Shown: piece after piece, positions 9,847 through 18,923 of the stretch | Position numbering within the stretch: the stretch's first letter is position 1 | How the letters are laid out: each line of letters starts with the position of its first letter | IMG/VR virus record: IMGVR_UViG_3300042307_001176 | Location: 1 to 64,000 of that record | DNA length: 64,000 nucleotides | Reading direction: 5' to 3' (one strand) | Source of the DNA: a virus | Notes under the pieces: model-generated | Databases searched by the model: none | What the model was told of the DNA's origin: nothing | The model's input: the letters and a program-made list of their open reading frames with translations, nothing else | Translations under genes and position numbers: made by a program

Positions 9847-10029
9847 ATGAAACTTCATATAACAACCACATTATTATTATTAGCTCTAATAGGAGTAGTT
9901 ATTTATATACTCAATAGTCCTTTTATTATGAGCATAATCCTTCTTGTAGCATTGATCTATTTTGTGATCTGGGCTTCAATAAAAGTTTATAAAATGATCT
10001 ACCAGATGATAAAGAATTTTACATCTTAA
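9847..10029 (+). CDS. small two-TM membrane protein
   Basis: two hydrophobic stretches; A-rich leader. Confidence 0.65.
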   Translation: MKLHITTTLLLLALIGVVIYILNSPFIMSIILLVALIYFVIWASIKVYKMIYQMIKNFTS

Positions 10030-10031
10030 TA

Positions 10032-10068
10032 AATCATTTTTTTATACGATTTATGCTTTATAGATTTG
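10032..10068 (+). promoter_or_regulatory. class E promoter AATCATTTTTTT-N17-TAGATTTG
   Basis: perfect Bacteroidota -7 box TAnnTTTG at 10061. Confidence 0.8.
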
Positions 10069-10092
10069 CATCACAATTAAAAATTAAAAGAT

Positions 10093-10740
10093 ATGGAAGG
10101 AAGAAGTAAAAAACAGAAAGGGAGATTATTTTTAGGCACTGAATTTTTTTCTATTGGCGAGGATTTTTTAGAGACAGAGAATGATAGAAGGATTGGTAAT
10201 ATGATTAAACTCACTGCAACTCTCTATATGTGTAATACGAAGGAGTTTAGTGAATTAATTGGAGATCTTGGACATGGGACATTTGAATCTATGTGGAAAT
10301 GGTACACTGAGAATGTAACAAATAAAGTGAAAAATCCAGACATTAAATTCAGAAATACTGGTCTAATAAGACAGAAATATAGCAATATTGATAATGTGGA
10401 AGATGGGATTAAAAAACTGTATGATGGGCTTCCAGCAATTCCTTTTAATAATCTACAGGGATTTGTTTCTAATACGTTTGACACTAGATTTATAATGGAA
10501 TTGAAGGCGAAGGATGATATAAAAGATTATGAAGAAATTTCAAAAATGTTAAATATAGTTGCACTTTCCATTATGATTTCTTGTCTAAATAAAGATTATA
10601 TAGACACGGTGGAATCTATTATTATTAAAAGATCTCTTAAAGGTATAGAATCTCCAGATCGAGATGCAATAGTGGGAACAGACTACAAAAAAATTGAAGA
10701 TATTAAAAATAAATATTCAATACTTAATAATCTAAATTAA
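10093..10740 (+). CDS. hypothetical protein
   Basis: 215 aa ORF after a promoter. Confidence 0.7.
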   Translation: MEGRSKKQKGRLFLGTEFFSIGEDFLETENDRRIGNMIKLTATLYMCNTKEFSELIGDLGHGTFESMWKWYTENVTNKVKNPDIKFRNTGLIRQKYSNIDNVEDGIKKLYDGLPAIPFNNLQGFVSNTFDTRFIMELKAKDDIKDYEEISKMLNIVALSIMISCLNKDYIDTVESIIIKRSLKGIESPDRDAIVGTDYKKIEDIKNKYSILNNLN

Positions 10741-10741
10741 T

Positions 10742-11017
10742 ATGAAAGCTCACGGAATTTTATTAAAGTCATCAGGTAAATCAGAAAAAATAGAGTTTTC
10801 TGGAAAGATGATAACTTTAAAAGAAATGCAGGATTGCGTTAAAGGTTATATAGAATTTGTCAGAATTCCTGATAATAAGATAATGGTAGTTAACGAAGAG
10901 GGAAAGATTGATGGACTAGAATTTAACACCTCAGCAACTTTATTTTTGCAGAATAATGGAATTTCCCACATCATTGTTGGTGATGTACTAATAATTGATA
11001 GTAAATTCGTAAATTAG
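10742..11017 (+). CDS. DUF3846-like phage protein
   Basis: LKEMQDCVKGYIE, VVNEEGK..L..N..AT, IVGDVL. Confidence 0.85.
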   Translation: MKAHGILLKSSGKSEKIEFSGKMITLKEMQDCVKGYIEFVRIPDNKIMVVNEEGKIDGLEFNTSATLFLQNNGISHIIVGDVLIIDSKFVN

Positions 11018-11425
11018 TTATTTCAATTTATAATAATCTATTCCATTGGTGATTATTCCATAAAGCGGAGAATCAACAATGAACGAATAAGAGTTATCTA
11101 AAATTATTTCAGAAAGCTTAGAAAAATCTCTAGTTGATACTAGGATAACCGTGGGTCTTTCTCTTATATTATATCCGTGTGGACTTATTACTATCTGTTT
11201 GTTTAATATCTTAGATAGATCATTAACTCTTACCATAGTGATTGATCCTGGTTCTTGCCATTTATTAGATCCTGCAGAAATATATTCTGCTTCTATATTG
11301 GGATCTACTGCAACTATAAAAGGCGTTTTACCTTTATTAGATATCATAGATTCTATACCTCCTATTGATATTGGTGTAGGCTCTTTTTCATTAAAGAAAT
11401 TTTCAAAAAGTATTAAGTGTTTCAT
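11018..11425 (-). CDS. tagged hypothetical protein (MKHLILFENFFNE)
   Basis: 135 aa ORF coupled to the upstream gene. Confidence 0.75.
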   Translation of the reverse strand: MKHLILFENFFNEKEPTPISIGGIESMISNKGKTPFIVAVDPNIEAEYISAGSNKWQEPGSITMVRVNDLSKILNKQIVISPHGYNIRERPTVILVSTRDFSKLSEIILDNSYSFIVDSPLYGIITNGIDYYKLK

Positions 11426-12783
11426 ATTCTTGTCCAGTTGAGGTTATTAAGAATTTTATTTTTAATTAAATATTCTTTGTACATCTCTTTTATTTGTTCT
11501 TCTGACCCTATCCCTTTTTCTTTAGCAATCGATTTAATAGCAAAAGGTTGAGCAGCATCAATGTATCTATATTTTGGTATTTGCATTTTAACTTGATTTA
11601 TTAAAGCAAAAACTCTAGCTCCTATTTCTAATCTTTGTTTTGCTGTTAATGTATATGTTTCGTGTGATATTTGACTATTGAATGTGTACAGAACATACCC
11701 TATTATATTGTTTTCTATTCTTTTTTTAATAGATTCGTCATTAATATCTGGAATTATATTATCTATGTCAGCTTCTGCTTTTCTTATTGCATTACGTTTT
11801 TTGTAGTTGTCTATAATATTATCAAATAAATTACTGGATAATAAAGCCTCTTGTGTTTTATTTGAAGTGATATCTATTATTCCTGCAAGAATCTCGATTA
11901 TTTTATTTGATATATTTGCAAAATCTACAAAATGCTGGGTGTTATCATCTATTATGAGCATTTTTCCAGTATCCCCGTTTTCGTTACCAAATACGCAATC
12001 TACTACCGCGTCAACGAATTCTTCTTTTGCTGTATTATATTTAGGTCTAAGAAGGGATCTTACACTTCCTTTAATACCTGTTGATTTAATATTAAATGAG
12101 GGATTTTCTTCACCACCTTCTATTCTTTCTCTAAGACTTTTTGCTATTCTTTTTGCCCAATCTTCTACAAGAGAAGCAGTGGTAGAAAATCTATCTATAG
12201 GGTTTTTATCAGAATCAAATCTGGGTATTTCCATTTCCCTTTGGATAGCTCTTTCTAAAGCTTCTTTATCTATTGCATCATCTGCATTAAAGTAATCAAT
12301 CTTAGTTAAATCTATTACATTTGCTTCCGGGTATAAATTTAATAAAGAATCTCTCATAGTTTTTACTAATCCCTGTGATGATCCCACAGTAACTATATAG
12401 TTTATATTCTTCGATGATAAATTTTTAATTGCAGTTCCTTGAATAAATCCTTCTAACGTTTCTCCTGTGGCCATTGAAAAAATATCAGGGTTTGAATCTT
12501 TAAGATTATTCATGATGTATCCCTTAGCTCTTTGAGATGCTGGATCTCCGTTTGCTCCCCTTACCCCTGAATAAGGTGTTTTGGGATGTAATCCATAATA
12601 AACTTTAATACCTCCCATACCAACTTTATTAAAGTTGTCTCCATTTAGATATGGGGTTTTTAATAATTCGTTCGGATTATTAGGATCATTTTTTAAAGAA
12701 ACAAAAACTTTTACATTTTTCCCATTTTCCTCGTACCAAGCACCCTCGTTGATAAAATTTATAAATGATTTTAAATGTATCAT
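11422..12783 (-). CDS. tagged protein, possible phosphoribosyltransferase-like fold
   Basis: MIHLKSFINFINE; YIVTVGSSQGL and MLIIDDN resemble PRTase motifs. Confidence 0.6.
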   Translation of the reverse strand: MIHLKSFINFINEGAWYEENGKNVKVFVSLKNDPNNPNELLKTPYLNGDNFNKVGMGGIKVYYGLHPKTPYSGVRGANGDPASQRAKGYIMNNLKDSNPDIFSMATGETLEGFIQGTAIKNLSSKNINYIVTVGSSQGLVKTMRDSLLNLYPEANVIDLTKIDYFNADDAIDKEALERAIQREMEIPRFDSDKNPIDRFSTTASLVEDWAKRIAKSLRERIEGGEENPSFNIKSTGIKGSVRSLLRPKYNTAKEEFVDAVVDCVFGNENGDTGKMLIIDDNTQHFVDFANISNKIIEILAGIIDITSNKTQEALLSSNLFDNIIDNYKKRNAIRKAEADIDNIIPDINDESIKKRIENNIIGYVLYTFNSQISHETYTLTAKQRLEIGARVFALINQVKMQIPKYRYIDAAQPFAIKSIAKEKGIGSEEQIKEMYKEYLIKNKILNNLNWTRI

Positions 12784-12785
12784 TA

Positions 12786-12822
12786 AATCGTTTTTTTATT
12801 TCATTAGTATATTCTATATTTG
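12786..12822 (+). promoter_or_regulatory. class E promoter AATCGTTTTTTT-N17-TATATTTG
   Basis: 29 nt offset; precedes NADAR. Confidence 0.8.
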
Positions 12823-12841
12823 CTATATAAAATCTGTTAAT

Positions 12842-13336
12842 ATGAAGTATATATCATTCACTAAAGTTGCTTTACCTTATGGCTGGTTAGGTAATATGTC
12901 ACCACATCCAGTAACATACAACGGCGAAGTTTGGCGAACTACCGAAGCTCTATTTCAAGCTCTTCGTTTTAACGATCCCTTGATACAGAAAGAGATACGG
13001 GACGAGAAAAGCCCGATGGGTGCTAAATTGAAAGCTAAGGGTATAATGAAGCGTCTTAAAGAGTCTGGCGACATTAGTAAGATTGCAGTTACACCTCTAT
13101 CTTCAGAAGATTTAAAAAACATGGAGATGTGTGTGGAATTAAAAATATCTCAGCATCCTGATCTTTTAAAAGAGCTATTAAAAACGGATAATCTTCCAAT
13201 ATATGAGGATGTGGCTTCTCGTGGTAAAAGAGGAAGTAATTTATTTTGGGGTGCTCTAATTGAAGAAGATTCTTGGATCGGACAGAGTCATCTTGGGAAA
13301 ATATGGGAAAAAGCAAGGGCTAATTATTCTAAATAA
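12842..13336 (+). CDS. NADAR (YbiA-like) N-glycosidase; start moved to 12842
   Basis: YGWLGNM, WRTTEALFQALRF, SPMGAK, KISQHPDL..LL.T, FWG, G.SHLGKIW. Confidence 0.9.
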   Translation: MKYISFTKVALPYGWLGNMSPHPVTYNGEVWRTTEALFQALRFNDPLIQKEIRDEKSPMGAKLKAKGIMKRLKESGDISKIAVTPLSSEDLKNMEMCVELKISQHPDLLKELLKTDNLPIYEDVASRGKRGSNLFWGALIEEDSWIGQSHLGKIWEKARANYSK

Positions 13337-13372
13337 GAAATATTTTTTGTGTTCTTATATAATATATAGAAT

Positions 13373-13942
13373 ATGAAATACATTCTTTCTTCTAGACAAT
13401 TTGAAAATTTAGAATCTGGTAGTAATACTGATTTAAAATCATATCTAATCAGTTATGGTATTTCTATTAATGAATGGGGTAAAGGTTACGCAAAAACTAT
13501 AGAACATTTAGCGAAAGAAATAGAATCCAATGAATGTTCGCTGGTGGATAAAAATGGTGTTCTTGTAAGAGAGATAGAATTTGTAATGTGCGAGATATTT
13601 TATAAAGGTCTTAAACTAAAAGAAGAAAAACAAATATTTAAAGACGGAAGAGAAAGAACTAGAGTGAAAGAATCTTCAATGTCGGAGAAAATGGAAATAG
13701 GTGAAGACCCTTTGAATTCTTTAATTCGCGGAATAGCAGAAGAACTTGGTGTTGATGTCAGAGAGGATCAATTAATATCAGGTGGTTCAATAGACAGAGA
13801 AGGTGGATCTAGATCATTTCCTGGACTTACTACAAGATATATTGGGCACAAATACTCCTGTACTTTCGATGAATCTCAATATAATCCTGCGGGATATGTA
13901 GAGCACCAGAAAGATAAATCTACATATTTTATATGGGAATGA
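13373..13942 (+). CDS. tagged Nudix-fold-like protein
   Basis: EKMEIGEDP.NSLIRGIAEELGV resembles the Nudix box. Confidence 0.7.
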   Translation: MKYILSSRQFENLESGSNTDLKSYLISYGISINEWGKGYAKTIEHLAKEIESNECSLVDKNGVLVREIEFVMCEIFYKGLKLKEEKQIFKDGRERTRVKESSMSEKMEIGEDPLNSLIRGIAEELGVDVREDQLISGGSIDREGGSRSFPGLTTRYIGHKYSCTFDESQYNPAGYVEHQKDKSTYFIWE

Positions 13943-13954
13943 TTTTTTTTAAGA

Positions 13955-13991
13955 AATCATTTTTTTCTTTATAGATAAATCTATACATTTA
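13955..13991 (+). promoter_or_regulatory. class E promoter AATCATTTTTTT-N17-TACATTTA
   Basis: 29 nt offset. Confidence 0.75.
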
Positions 13992-14021
13992 CATTATTAT
14001 TAATTAACAAATATCATAATT

Positions 14022-14363
14022 ATGGCTGTTAAAATGCAATCAGCAGATTTGCTGAAAGATTACTTCAATGGTGTTCTAGGTAGAGCCGATCACCACGCTA
14101 AGGGCGTACAAGAGATTTCTTTAGCTCTTATGGGAGCAGTGATCTGGAAATCCGAAGGGGATATCGAGGTTAAGTCCGTAAAAGACGGGGGAATGGGAAA
14201 TATCCTTTGGTTCAATGCTGAAAGTGGAAGATACGCAATGTATTACAATCACGAGACTATTAGTATTGAGATGAGAGCTAGAACAATGAATGGTGATACA
14301 CTTCATGTGTTCAATAATGAAACACCTATTTCAGAAGTGTTTAGTGTTTTTAAAGATCTGTAA
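14022..14363 (+). CDS. integron cassette protein VCH_CASS14-like
   Basis: YFNGVLGRADHHA..V.EI.LAL.GAVIW, NILW, RYAM.YNH, FNNETP recalled from this family. Confidence 0.75.
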   Translation: MAVKMQSADLLKDYFNGVLGRADHHAKGVQEISLALMGAVIWKSEGDIEVKSVKDGGMGNILWFNAESGRYAMYYNHETISIEMRARTMNGDTLHVFNNETPISEVFSVFKDL

Positions 14364-14375
14364 AAAGATCTTTAT

Positions 14376-14496
14376 AGTCAGGTGGCGGAATGGTAGACGC
14401 TAACGTAAAAGGGTTCACATCCCGAAGATGAGCAAGTGTAATTGCTAACGTAGATGGTGTCATATCATCGTAGAGGTTCGAATCCTGTCCTGACTA
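14376..14496 (+). ncRNA. tRNA-like RNA (class II/Leu-like frame) with expanded anticodon domain
   Basis: acceptor AGTCAGG/CCTGACT, D-arm TGGCGGAATGGTAGACGC, long variable hairpin, T-loop GGTTCGAATCC; ~41 nt in place of the anticodon loop. Confidence 0.75.
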
Positions 14497-14511
14497 CAAA
14501 CTAATAAAAAA

Positions 14512-14733
14512 ATGAAATTAACACACGAGGAAAAAAAAGTTATTAGGGATCATTACGATTTTTATATAAAAGAAAGGGATCCTTCATTTGAGCATATACT
14601 CGAAATGTCAGTGAATCATATAATATTGGAAGGTGTTATAAATTTAACTGAAGATGAAGATGGATCGTGTGAGGAAGCATTAATTGCCGAATCAAGAATA
14701 TATTTGGAATCATTAATGCACCAAAAAATTTAA
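14512..14733 (+). CDS. small acidic protein, paralog of 14747..14956
   Basis: MKLT.EEK..I...YD and INLTEDEDG. Confidence 0.75.
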   Translation: MKLTHEEKKVIRDHYDFYIKERDPSFEHILEMSVNHIILEGVINLTEDEDGSCEEALIAESRIYLESLMHQKI

Positions 14734-14746
14734 TTAATAAAATAAT

Positions 14747-14956
14747 ATGGAACTGACAAAAAATCAAAAATCATCTATCGAAGAAAAATATGATTCGATG
14801 GATCCAAGAAATATAGAATTTGAAGATATGGTAAGCATTATTGTAGACGACTTGCTTGACGAGAATATAGTTGATATTTCAGGAGACGAAGATGGAGATG
14901 CACACGAGGATTTATATAATAGTGTTTGGGAGCATTTAGAATTTTACTTGAAATAA
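14747..14956 (+). CDS. small acidic protein, paralog of 14512..14733
   Basis: MELT.NQK..I...YD and VDISGDEDG. Confidence 0.75.
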   Translation: MELTKNQKSSIEEKYDSMDPRNIEFEDMVSIIVDDLLDENIVDISGDEDGDAHEDLYNSVWEHLEFYLK

Positions 14957-14974
14957 ATCTATTAATATAGCAGG

Positions 14975-15011
14975 AATCATTTTTTTGTTTTAATAGATGT
15001 TTCTATATTTG
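14975..15011 (+). promoter_or_regulatory. class E promoter AATCATTTTTTT-N17-TATATTTG
   Basis: 29 nt offset; perfect TAnnTTTG. Confidence 0.8.
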
Positions 15012-15029
15012 TTTTATAAAAATAACAAT

Positions 15030-15329
15030 ATGGATTTAAAAGCATACCTAGAGACAGAAGGATATTCAGAAATCAAAGAGATACCAGGAAAAGGTATTTG
15101 CGGACTGAAAGATTTTATTTTCACTACTGGATTAATAATAGGAATGACGGAAATTGGGTATCTAGGAAGATATTGTTATCCGACAGAATCAGAAGCTCTT
15201 GAGGCACTGAATAAATGGAACGGCGAAGGAGATCCTTCTGGCCCTTGGATTAAGTATAAAGGAAGTCCAGGAGAAAGAAGTAACCCATTAATAGAAAATG
15301 GATGCCTAACCTGTAAAGCAAATGGATAG
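15030..15329 (+). CDS. conserved phage hypothetical protein (GRYCY...W.G.GDP.GPWIKYKG)
   Basis: start moved downstream of the promoter to MDLKAY. Confidence 0.7.
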   Translation: MDLKAYLETEGYSEIKEIPGKGICGLKDFIFTTGLIIGMTEIGYLGRYCYPTESEALEALNKWNGEGDPSGPWIKYKGSPGERSNPLIENGCLTCKANG

Positions 15330-15528
15330 AAAGCCATGCAAAGAATGTCCATGGACTAAGGATGATTCACACAGTAAATCTTGGCCAGGGTACGTTAAAA
15401 CTATCGAAGGAATAGGAAAGATTCAAAACAAAAAACATGCTTGTCATATGATAACTTCTGATATATGGGGTTATAAAGAGGATATAACAGATAATAATGT
15501 CTGTATTGGTTCACTAAAATCTAATTAA
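15322..15528 (+). CDS. small Cys/His-rich protein
   Basis: KPCKECPW, HACH, VCIG. Confidence 0.7.
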   Translation: MDRKPCKECPWTKDDSHSKSWPGYVKTIEGIGKIQNKKHACHMITSDIWGYKEDITDNNVCIGSLKSN

Positions 15529-15534
15529 AAAATT

Positions 15535-16143
15535 ATGGATAATATAGTATTTGCACCAGAAGATATAAAAGAGATAGTATCTCCAAATATGGATTTTTTA
15601 AGTATGATGAAAAAAATGAGAGAACTTGATAATATCGGGGATATCTACGGAAGGAGAGAGAAATTCAGGGTAGGAACATCATGGCACGTACCAACACAGG
15701 AATTGATCACTAAATTATTAGAGTATGGTCCGATAGTTTCCGTTGGCTGTGGTTTTGGCTACACAGAAAGCATAGCAATAGTACAGGGAGCTGATATCAT
15801 ACCAACTGATATACAGCCAAATAAAAAAAATGGATGGTGTAGAGATGGTAAATTCCATTGTAAGATCGAGAAATTAAATGCTAGCGAAGCGGTCAAAAAA
15901 TATGAAGATCGTAATGTTTTTATGGCTTGGCCTCCTTATGATAATCCAATGGCTCATGAAGTTGTATCAAACATGAAAGTGGGAACATATTTAATCTATA
16001 TAGGAGAAAGTGATGGCGGATGTACAGGTGACGATAATTTTTTTGAAGCTCTTTATCGGGATTTTGAAGAATGTGACTATTTGAGTATACCTAAATTTGC
16101 AGGTATAAATGATGGATGCTGGATTTATAAAAAAATCAAATAA
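15535..16143 (+). CDS. SAM-dependent methyltransferase-like protein
   Basis: VSVGCGFGY, PTD, FMAWPPY, YIGE..GGCTG. Confidence 0.7.
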   Translation: MDNIVFAPEDIKEIVSPNMDFLSMMKKMRELDNIGDIYGRREKFRVGTSWHVPTQELITKLLEYGPIVSVGCGFGYTESIAIVQGADIIPTDIQPNKKNGWCRDGKFHCKIEKLNASEAVKKYEDRNVFMAWPPYDNPMAHEVVSNMKVGTYLIYIGESDGGCTGDDNFFEALYRDFEECDYLSIPKFAGINDGCWIYKKIK

Positions 16144-16145
16144 TA

Positions 16146-16505
16146 TTGAGAAATAGTAAAGGCCAATTCTCTAAAGGATTAATTCCGTGGAATAAAGGAA
16201 AGAAAGGAGTTAACGGAAAATCCGATACTGTATTCACTAAAGGAGATCACCATACGGGGGAAAATCATACATGTTGGAGTGGAGGTGTTCAGGTAATGAA
16301 AAAAGACTGCGCTTATCTTTGGAACGGTACAGGAAAAAGAGCTAGGAGACCCAGAGTTGCTTACGAGGAAACATTTGGGGCTATTCCAGAAGGTCACGTT
16401 ATTGTACATATAGATGGAGATCGATATAATGATGATCCAAATAATTTAGAAGCAATATCAAGATCAGAAAATCTAAGGAGGAATAATAAAAAAAAGGATA
16501 TATAG
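16146..16505 (+). CDS. HNH homing endonuclease
   Basis: PWNKG N-terminal repeat; IP.G.VIVHIDGDRYND..NNLEAISRSEN; TTG start. Confidence 0.85.
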   Translation: MRNSKGQFSKGLIPWNKGKKGVNGKSDTVFTKGDHHTGENHTCWSGGVQVMKKDCAYLWNGTGKRARRPRVAYEETFGAIPEGHVIVHIDGDRYNDDPNNLEAISRSENLRRNNKKKDI

Positions 16506-16525
16506 TCTATATTAATATATAGAAC

Positions 16526-17236
16526 ATGAAATATCTAAAAACATTCGAATCTATTACTGGACAGGATACAAGTAGTATTGACCGTATGAAAGCAAAATAC
16601 CCTAATGGTGTAGATATTCCTAAGGAAGTAAAAGCAACAGGATCAGGGAATTTTAAAATTGGTGTAGACTCTTTAGATCAAGCATCTAAGAAGTTTACTG
16701 AAATAGTTCAATTAATTAATGATCTTCTACTGAATACCAATGGCACAGTTAAAGTTGTTGTTGATAGCGGTGCTTCTGCAGTAGGAGCTAAAGGATTTGA
16801 TAATCAAGGATTAGCAGAAAGAAGAAGAGACAAAACTATAGAGGATCTAAATAATTACCCTTTTGTTGACAAAAAAAGAATTCAATTTATTAAAGGTAAA
16901 GCCACTGTAGGTAAAGCCACTATTAAAAATTCTCCAGAAGCTGAAGCTGAACAATTTGTTACTGTTTCTATATCAGGCACTGGCAGTATAAACGTTCCTA
17001 TTACGGGTGTACAAGGTGATAATACTAATGTTTATAGACCGGAATTATTTAAGGCAGATCTGATTAAAAAGAATGTAATAGATGATGATATAATTAATAT
17101 TAAGATAAAAAGAGTTTGTGTACAAATGCCCGAACAATATGTTGAGGATTTTAAAAAAGCTGTATGGAAATTTAAACAAGATCAAAGTATTACCAATCTT
17201 CCCTTAGGAGTCTATGATATAAATCCCAAAAAATAA
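16526..17236 (+). CDS. tagged protein with OmpA-C-like motif
   Basis: MKYLKTFES; SGAS...NQGLAERR...EQFV resembles OmpA-like N..LS..RA. Confidence 0.6.
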   Translation: MKYLKTFESITGQDTSSIDRMKAKYPNGVDIPKEVKATGSGNFKIGVDSLDQASKKFTEIVQLINDLLLNTNGTVKVVVDSGASAVGAKGFDNQGLAERRRDKTIEDLNNYPFVDKKRIQFIKGKATVGKATIKNSPEAEAEQFVTVSISGTGSINVPITGVQGDNTNVYRPELFKADLIKKNVIDDDIINIKIKRVCVQMPEQYVEDFKKAVWKFKQDQSITNLPLGVYDINPKK

Positions 17237-17256
17237 ATATATAAAAAAATAAATAA

Positions 17257-18819
17257 ATGGAATATCGTAACATATTAAATTTTAGCAGCTATACCCAAAT
17301 ATTTGAACAAGAAGCAGCAGGAACTGGTGCAACTGGTGGAGGTGGCACAGAAACAGAAAAACTTGCAGCAAAGAAAGCGGAGGAGCTTTTTGGATCTAAT
17401 AAAGGAGCATCTGGATCTACAGGAGGAACTGGAGGAACCGGAGGAACTGGAGGAACTGGGGGAACTGGAGCAGCAGGTGAAACATCAGGAGCAGTAAAAA
17501 CTATAAGCGAAGTAATATCTCTATTTTTTAAGTGCTATATGTTTGCAGCAACTAAGGCACCTAATTACCCAGATGTACTTGCGGATTTATTATCGGTATC
17601 GGAGGAAAAAGATCCTACTAAAAGAGCAAATACAATGGAAGCTGTAATTAAAAAGGTTTCCGATAAAGTAGATCCTAAATATGCAGCTGTAAAAGAAGAA
17701 GCTAATAAAGCAGCTTCATCTATTAAAGATCTTTATAATGATGTTGCTTCAACAGAAGAAGCTAAGAAATATAATGACGTAATCAATAAGATGGTTACTA
17801 GTAAGATCATAAGCTACCAAGATATTCTTAAAAACCAGCCATTAAAAGAAAATCGTAATGTCTCTCCTTATAAAAATCTATTAGGATTTGACAATTATCA
17901 TTACCCTTCACTTTACGAGAAAAATACATTTGATGACGAAAGAGATGCTCTTTCTGATAAAATGAAATCTATTTACTCTGAAATGATCTCTCAGCAAAAA
18001 AATCCTAGCAGTGAGACCTTAAAAGGTAAAGCTTCTGAGGTTATCAGTAAATTTGATGAATACCAAAAGTTACTCTCAGATAAGGGAGCTTGGGAGAAGA
18101 TGAAAAGGAAAGAAAGAAAAGACAAACTTGAATCAATGAATTCAGAAATTGATGAAATAATACAAAAAACTAACGATCTACAAAAATCAGAATTAACTAA
18201 AATTGGTGTTGATAAGAAGATAGCAGATACTATGTCTACTATTATCACAAGTATAAATTCAATGTCAGACAAAGCTAAAGAGATAGATGATAAAGCAATT
18301 GCTGATGCTAAAGCAAGTGAGTCGGAAAAAGCTATAGAATATAAAGCGGGTGATATAGTTAAATATAAAAGAGAAAACGGAGAGGAAGCTCAAAGCGAAA
18401 TAATTAAAATTGAGGGCGATAAGGTGTTCTTTAAAGATAAAGATGGAAAAGAATTTACTAAAGACAAAAAAGAGCTTACTGGAAAAGTAGAAGCGGGTGA
18501 TGAAAAAAAAGAGGCGGACAAAGATATTAAGAGTGGTAACGTCGAAAAGGGAAATCTTAAAAAAGATGGAGCTAATGCACCAGTCATTAAAAAATTCCAG
18601 GAAGATTATAACAATTTAGGAATAGGAATAAAATTAACAACAGACGGAGCATACGGTAAAAATACAGAGAAAGCTATAGTTAAAGTTGCTAACATGATTA
18701 AGAGCCTATCAGGAAAAGAAGTTAAAGTTGATGGAGGTAAGATACTTACAGGAGAACTTCAAGGATTAATTAAAAAGCTAATAGAAAATAAGGATAAGAT
18801 CAAGGGTCTTTTAGGATAA
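17257..18819 (+). CDS. large protein: tag, (GGT)n linker, coiled coil, SH3-like segment, C-terminal peptidoglycan-binding-like domain
   Basis: KKFQ.....L..DGAYGKNTEKAI; YKAGDIVKY. Confidence 0.7.
   Translation: MEYRNILNFSSYTQIFEQEAAGTGATGGGGTETEKLAAKKAEELFGSNKGASGSTGGTGGTGGTGGTGGTGAAGETSGAVKTISEVISLFFKCYMFAATKAPNYPDVLADLLSVSEEKDPTKRANTMEAVIKKVSDKVDPKYAAVKEEANKAASSIKDLYNDVASTEEAKKYNDVINKMVTSKIISYQDILKNQPLKENRNVSPYKNLLGFDNYHYPSLYEKNTFDDERDALSDKMKSIYSEMISQQKNPSSETLKGKASEVISKFDEYQKLLSDKGAWEKMKRKERKDKLESMNSEIDEIIQKTNDLQKSELTKIGVDKKIADTMSTIITSINSMSDKAKEIDDKAIADAKASESEKAIEYKAGDIVKYKRENGEEAQSEIIKIEGDKVFFKDKDGKEFTKDKKELTGKVEAGDEKKEADKDIKSGNVEKGNLKKDGANAPVIKKFQEDYNNLGIGIKLTTDGAYGKNTEKAIVKVANMIKSLSGKEVKVDGGKILTGELQGLIKKLIENKDKIKGLLG
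17419..17470 (+). repeat. 9 bp tandem repeat encoding (TGG)n
   Basis: acaggagga actggagga accggagga actggagga actggggga. Confidence 0.85.
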
Positions 18820-18823
18820 ATTT

Positions 18824-18860
18824 AAAAAAACCCCAGAACTTTAAAATTCTGGGGTTTTTT
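18824..18860 (+). terminator. intrinsic (bidirectional-type) terminator
   Basis: AAAAAACCCCAGAA...TTCTGGGGTTTTTT. Confidence 0.85.
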
Positions 18861-18923
18861 GTGCGTAGTGGTAGAAACTTAAGATCACATTTGGTGTATA
18901 AATTAATATTATTAAACTAAAAA

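Noticed and set aside
11807-12295. Long antisense or alternate-frame ORFs (also 2680, 29328, 30780, 48469 and others)
   Set aside because: They are shadows of better-supported genes, with no promoter motif or recognisable domain.
12635-12841. N-terminal extensions in the ORF track (also 3041, 9619, 14997, 47843, 50259, 57501)
   Set aside because: They overlap promoter motifs or neighbouring genes; downstream Met codons give the tag, signal peptide or domain start.
14022-14363. Integron cassette array
   Set aside because: The protein resembles a cassette-encoded family, but no attC-like sites or integrase are visible.
14376-14496. Assigning an anticodon or calling tmRNA
   Set aside because: There is no 7 nt anticodon loop, and it is far too short for tmRNA, with no tag ORF.
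16146-16505. HNH as part of an intron or defence system
   Set aside because: It is free-standing between intact genes, with no split host gene or intron structure seen.
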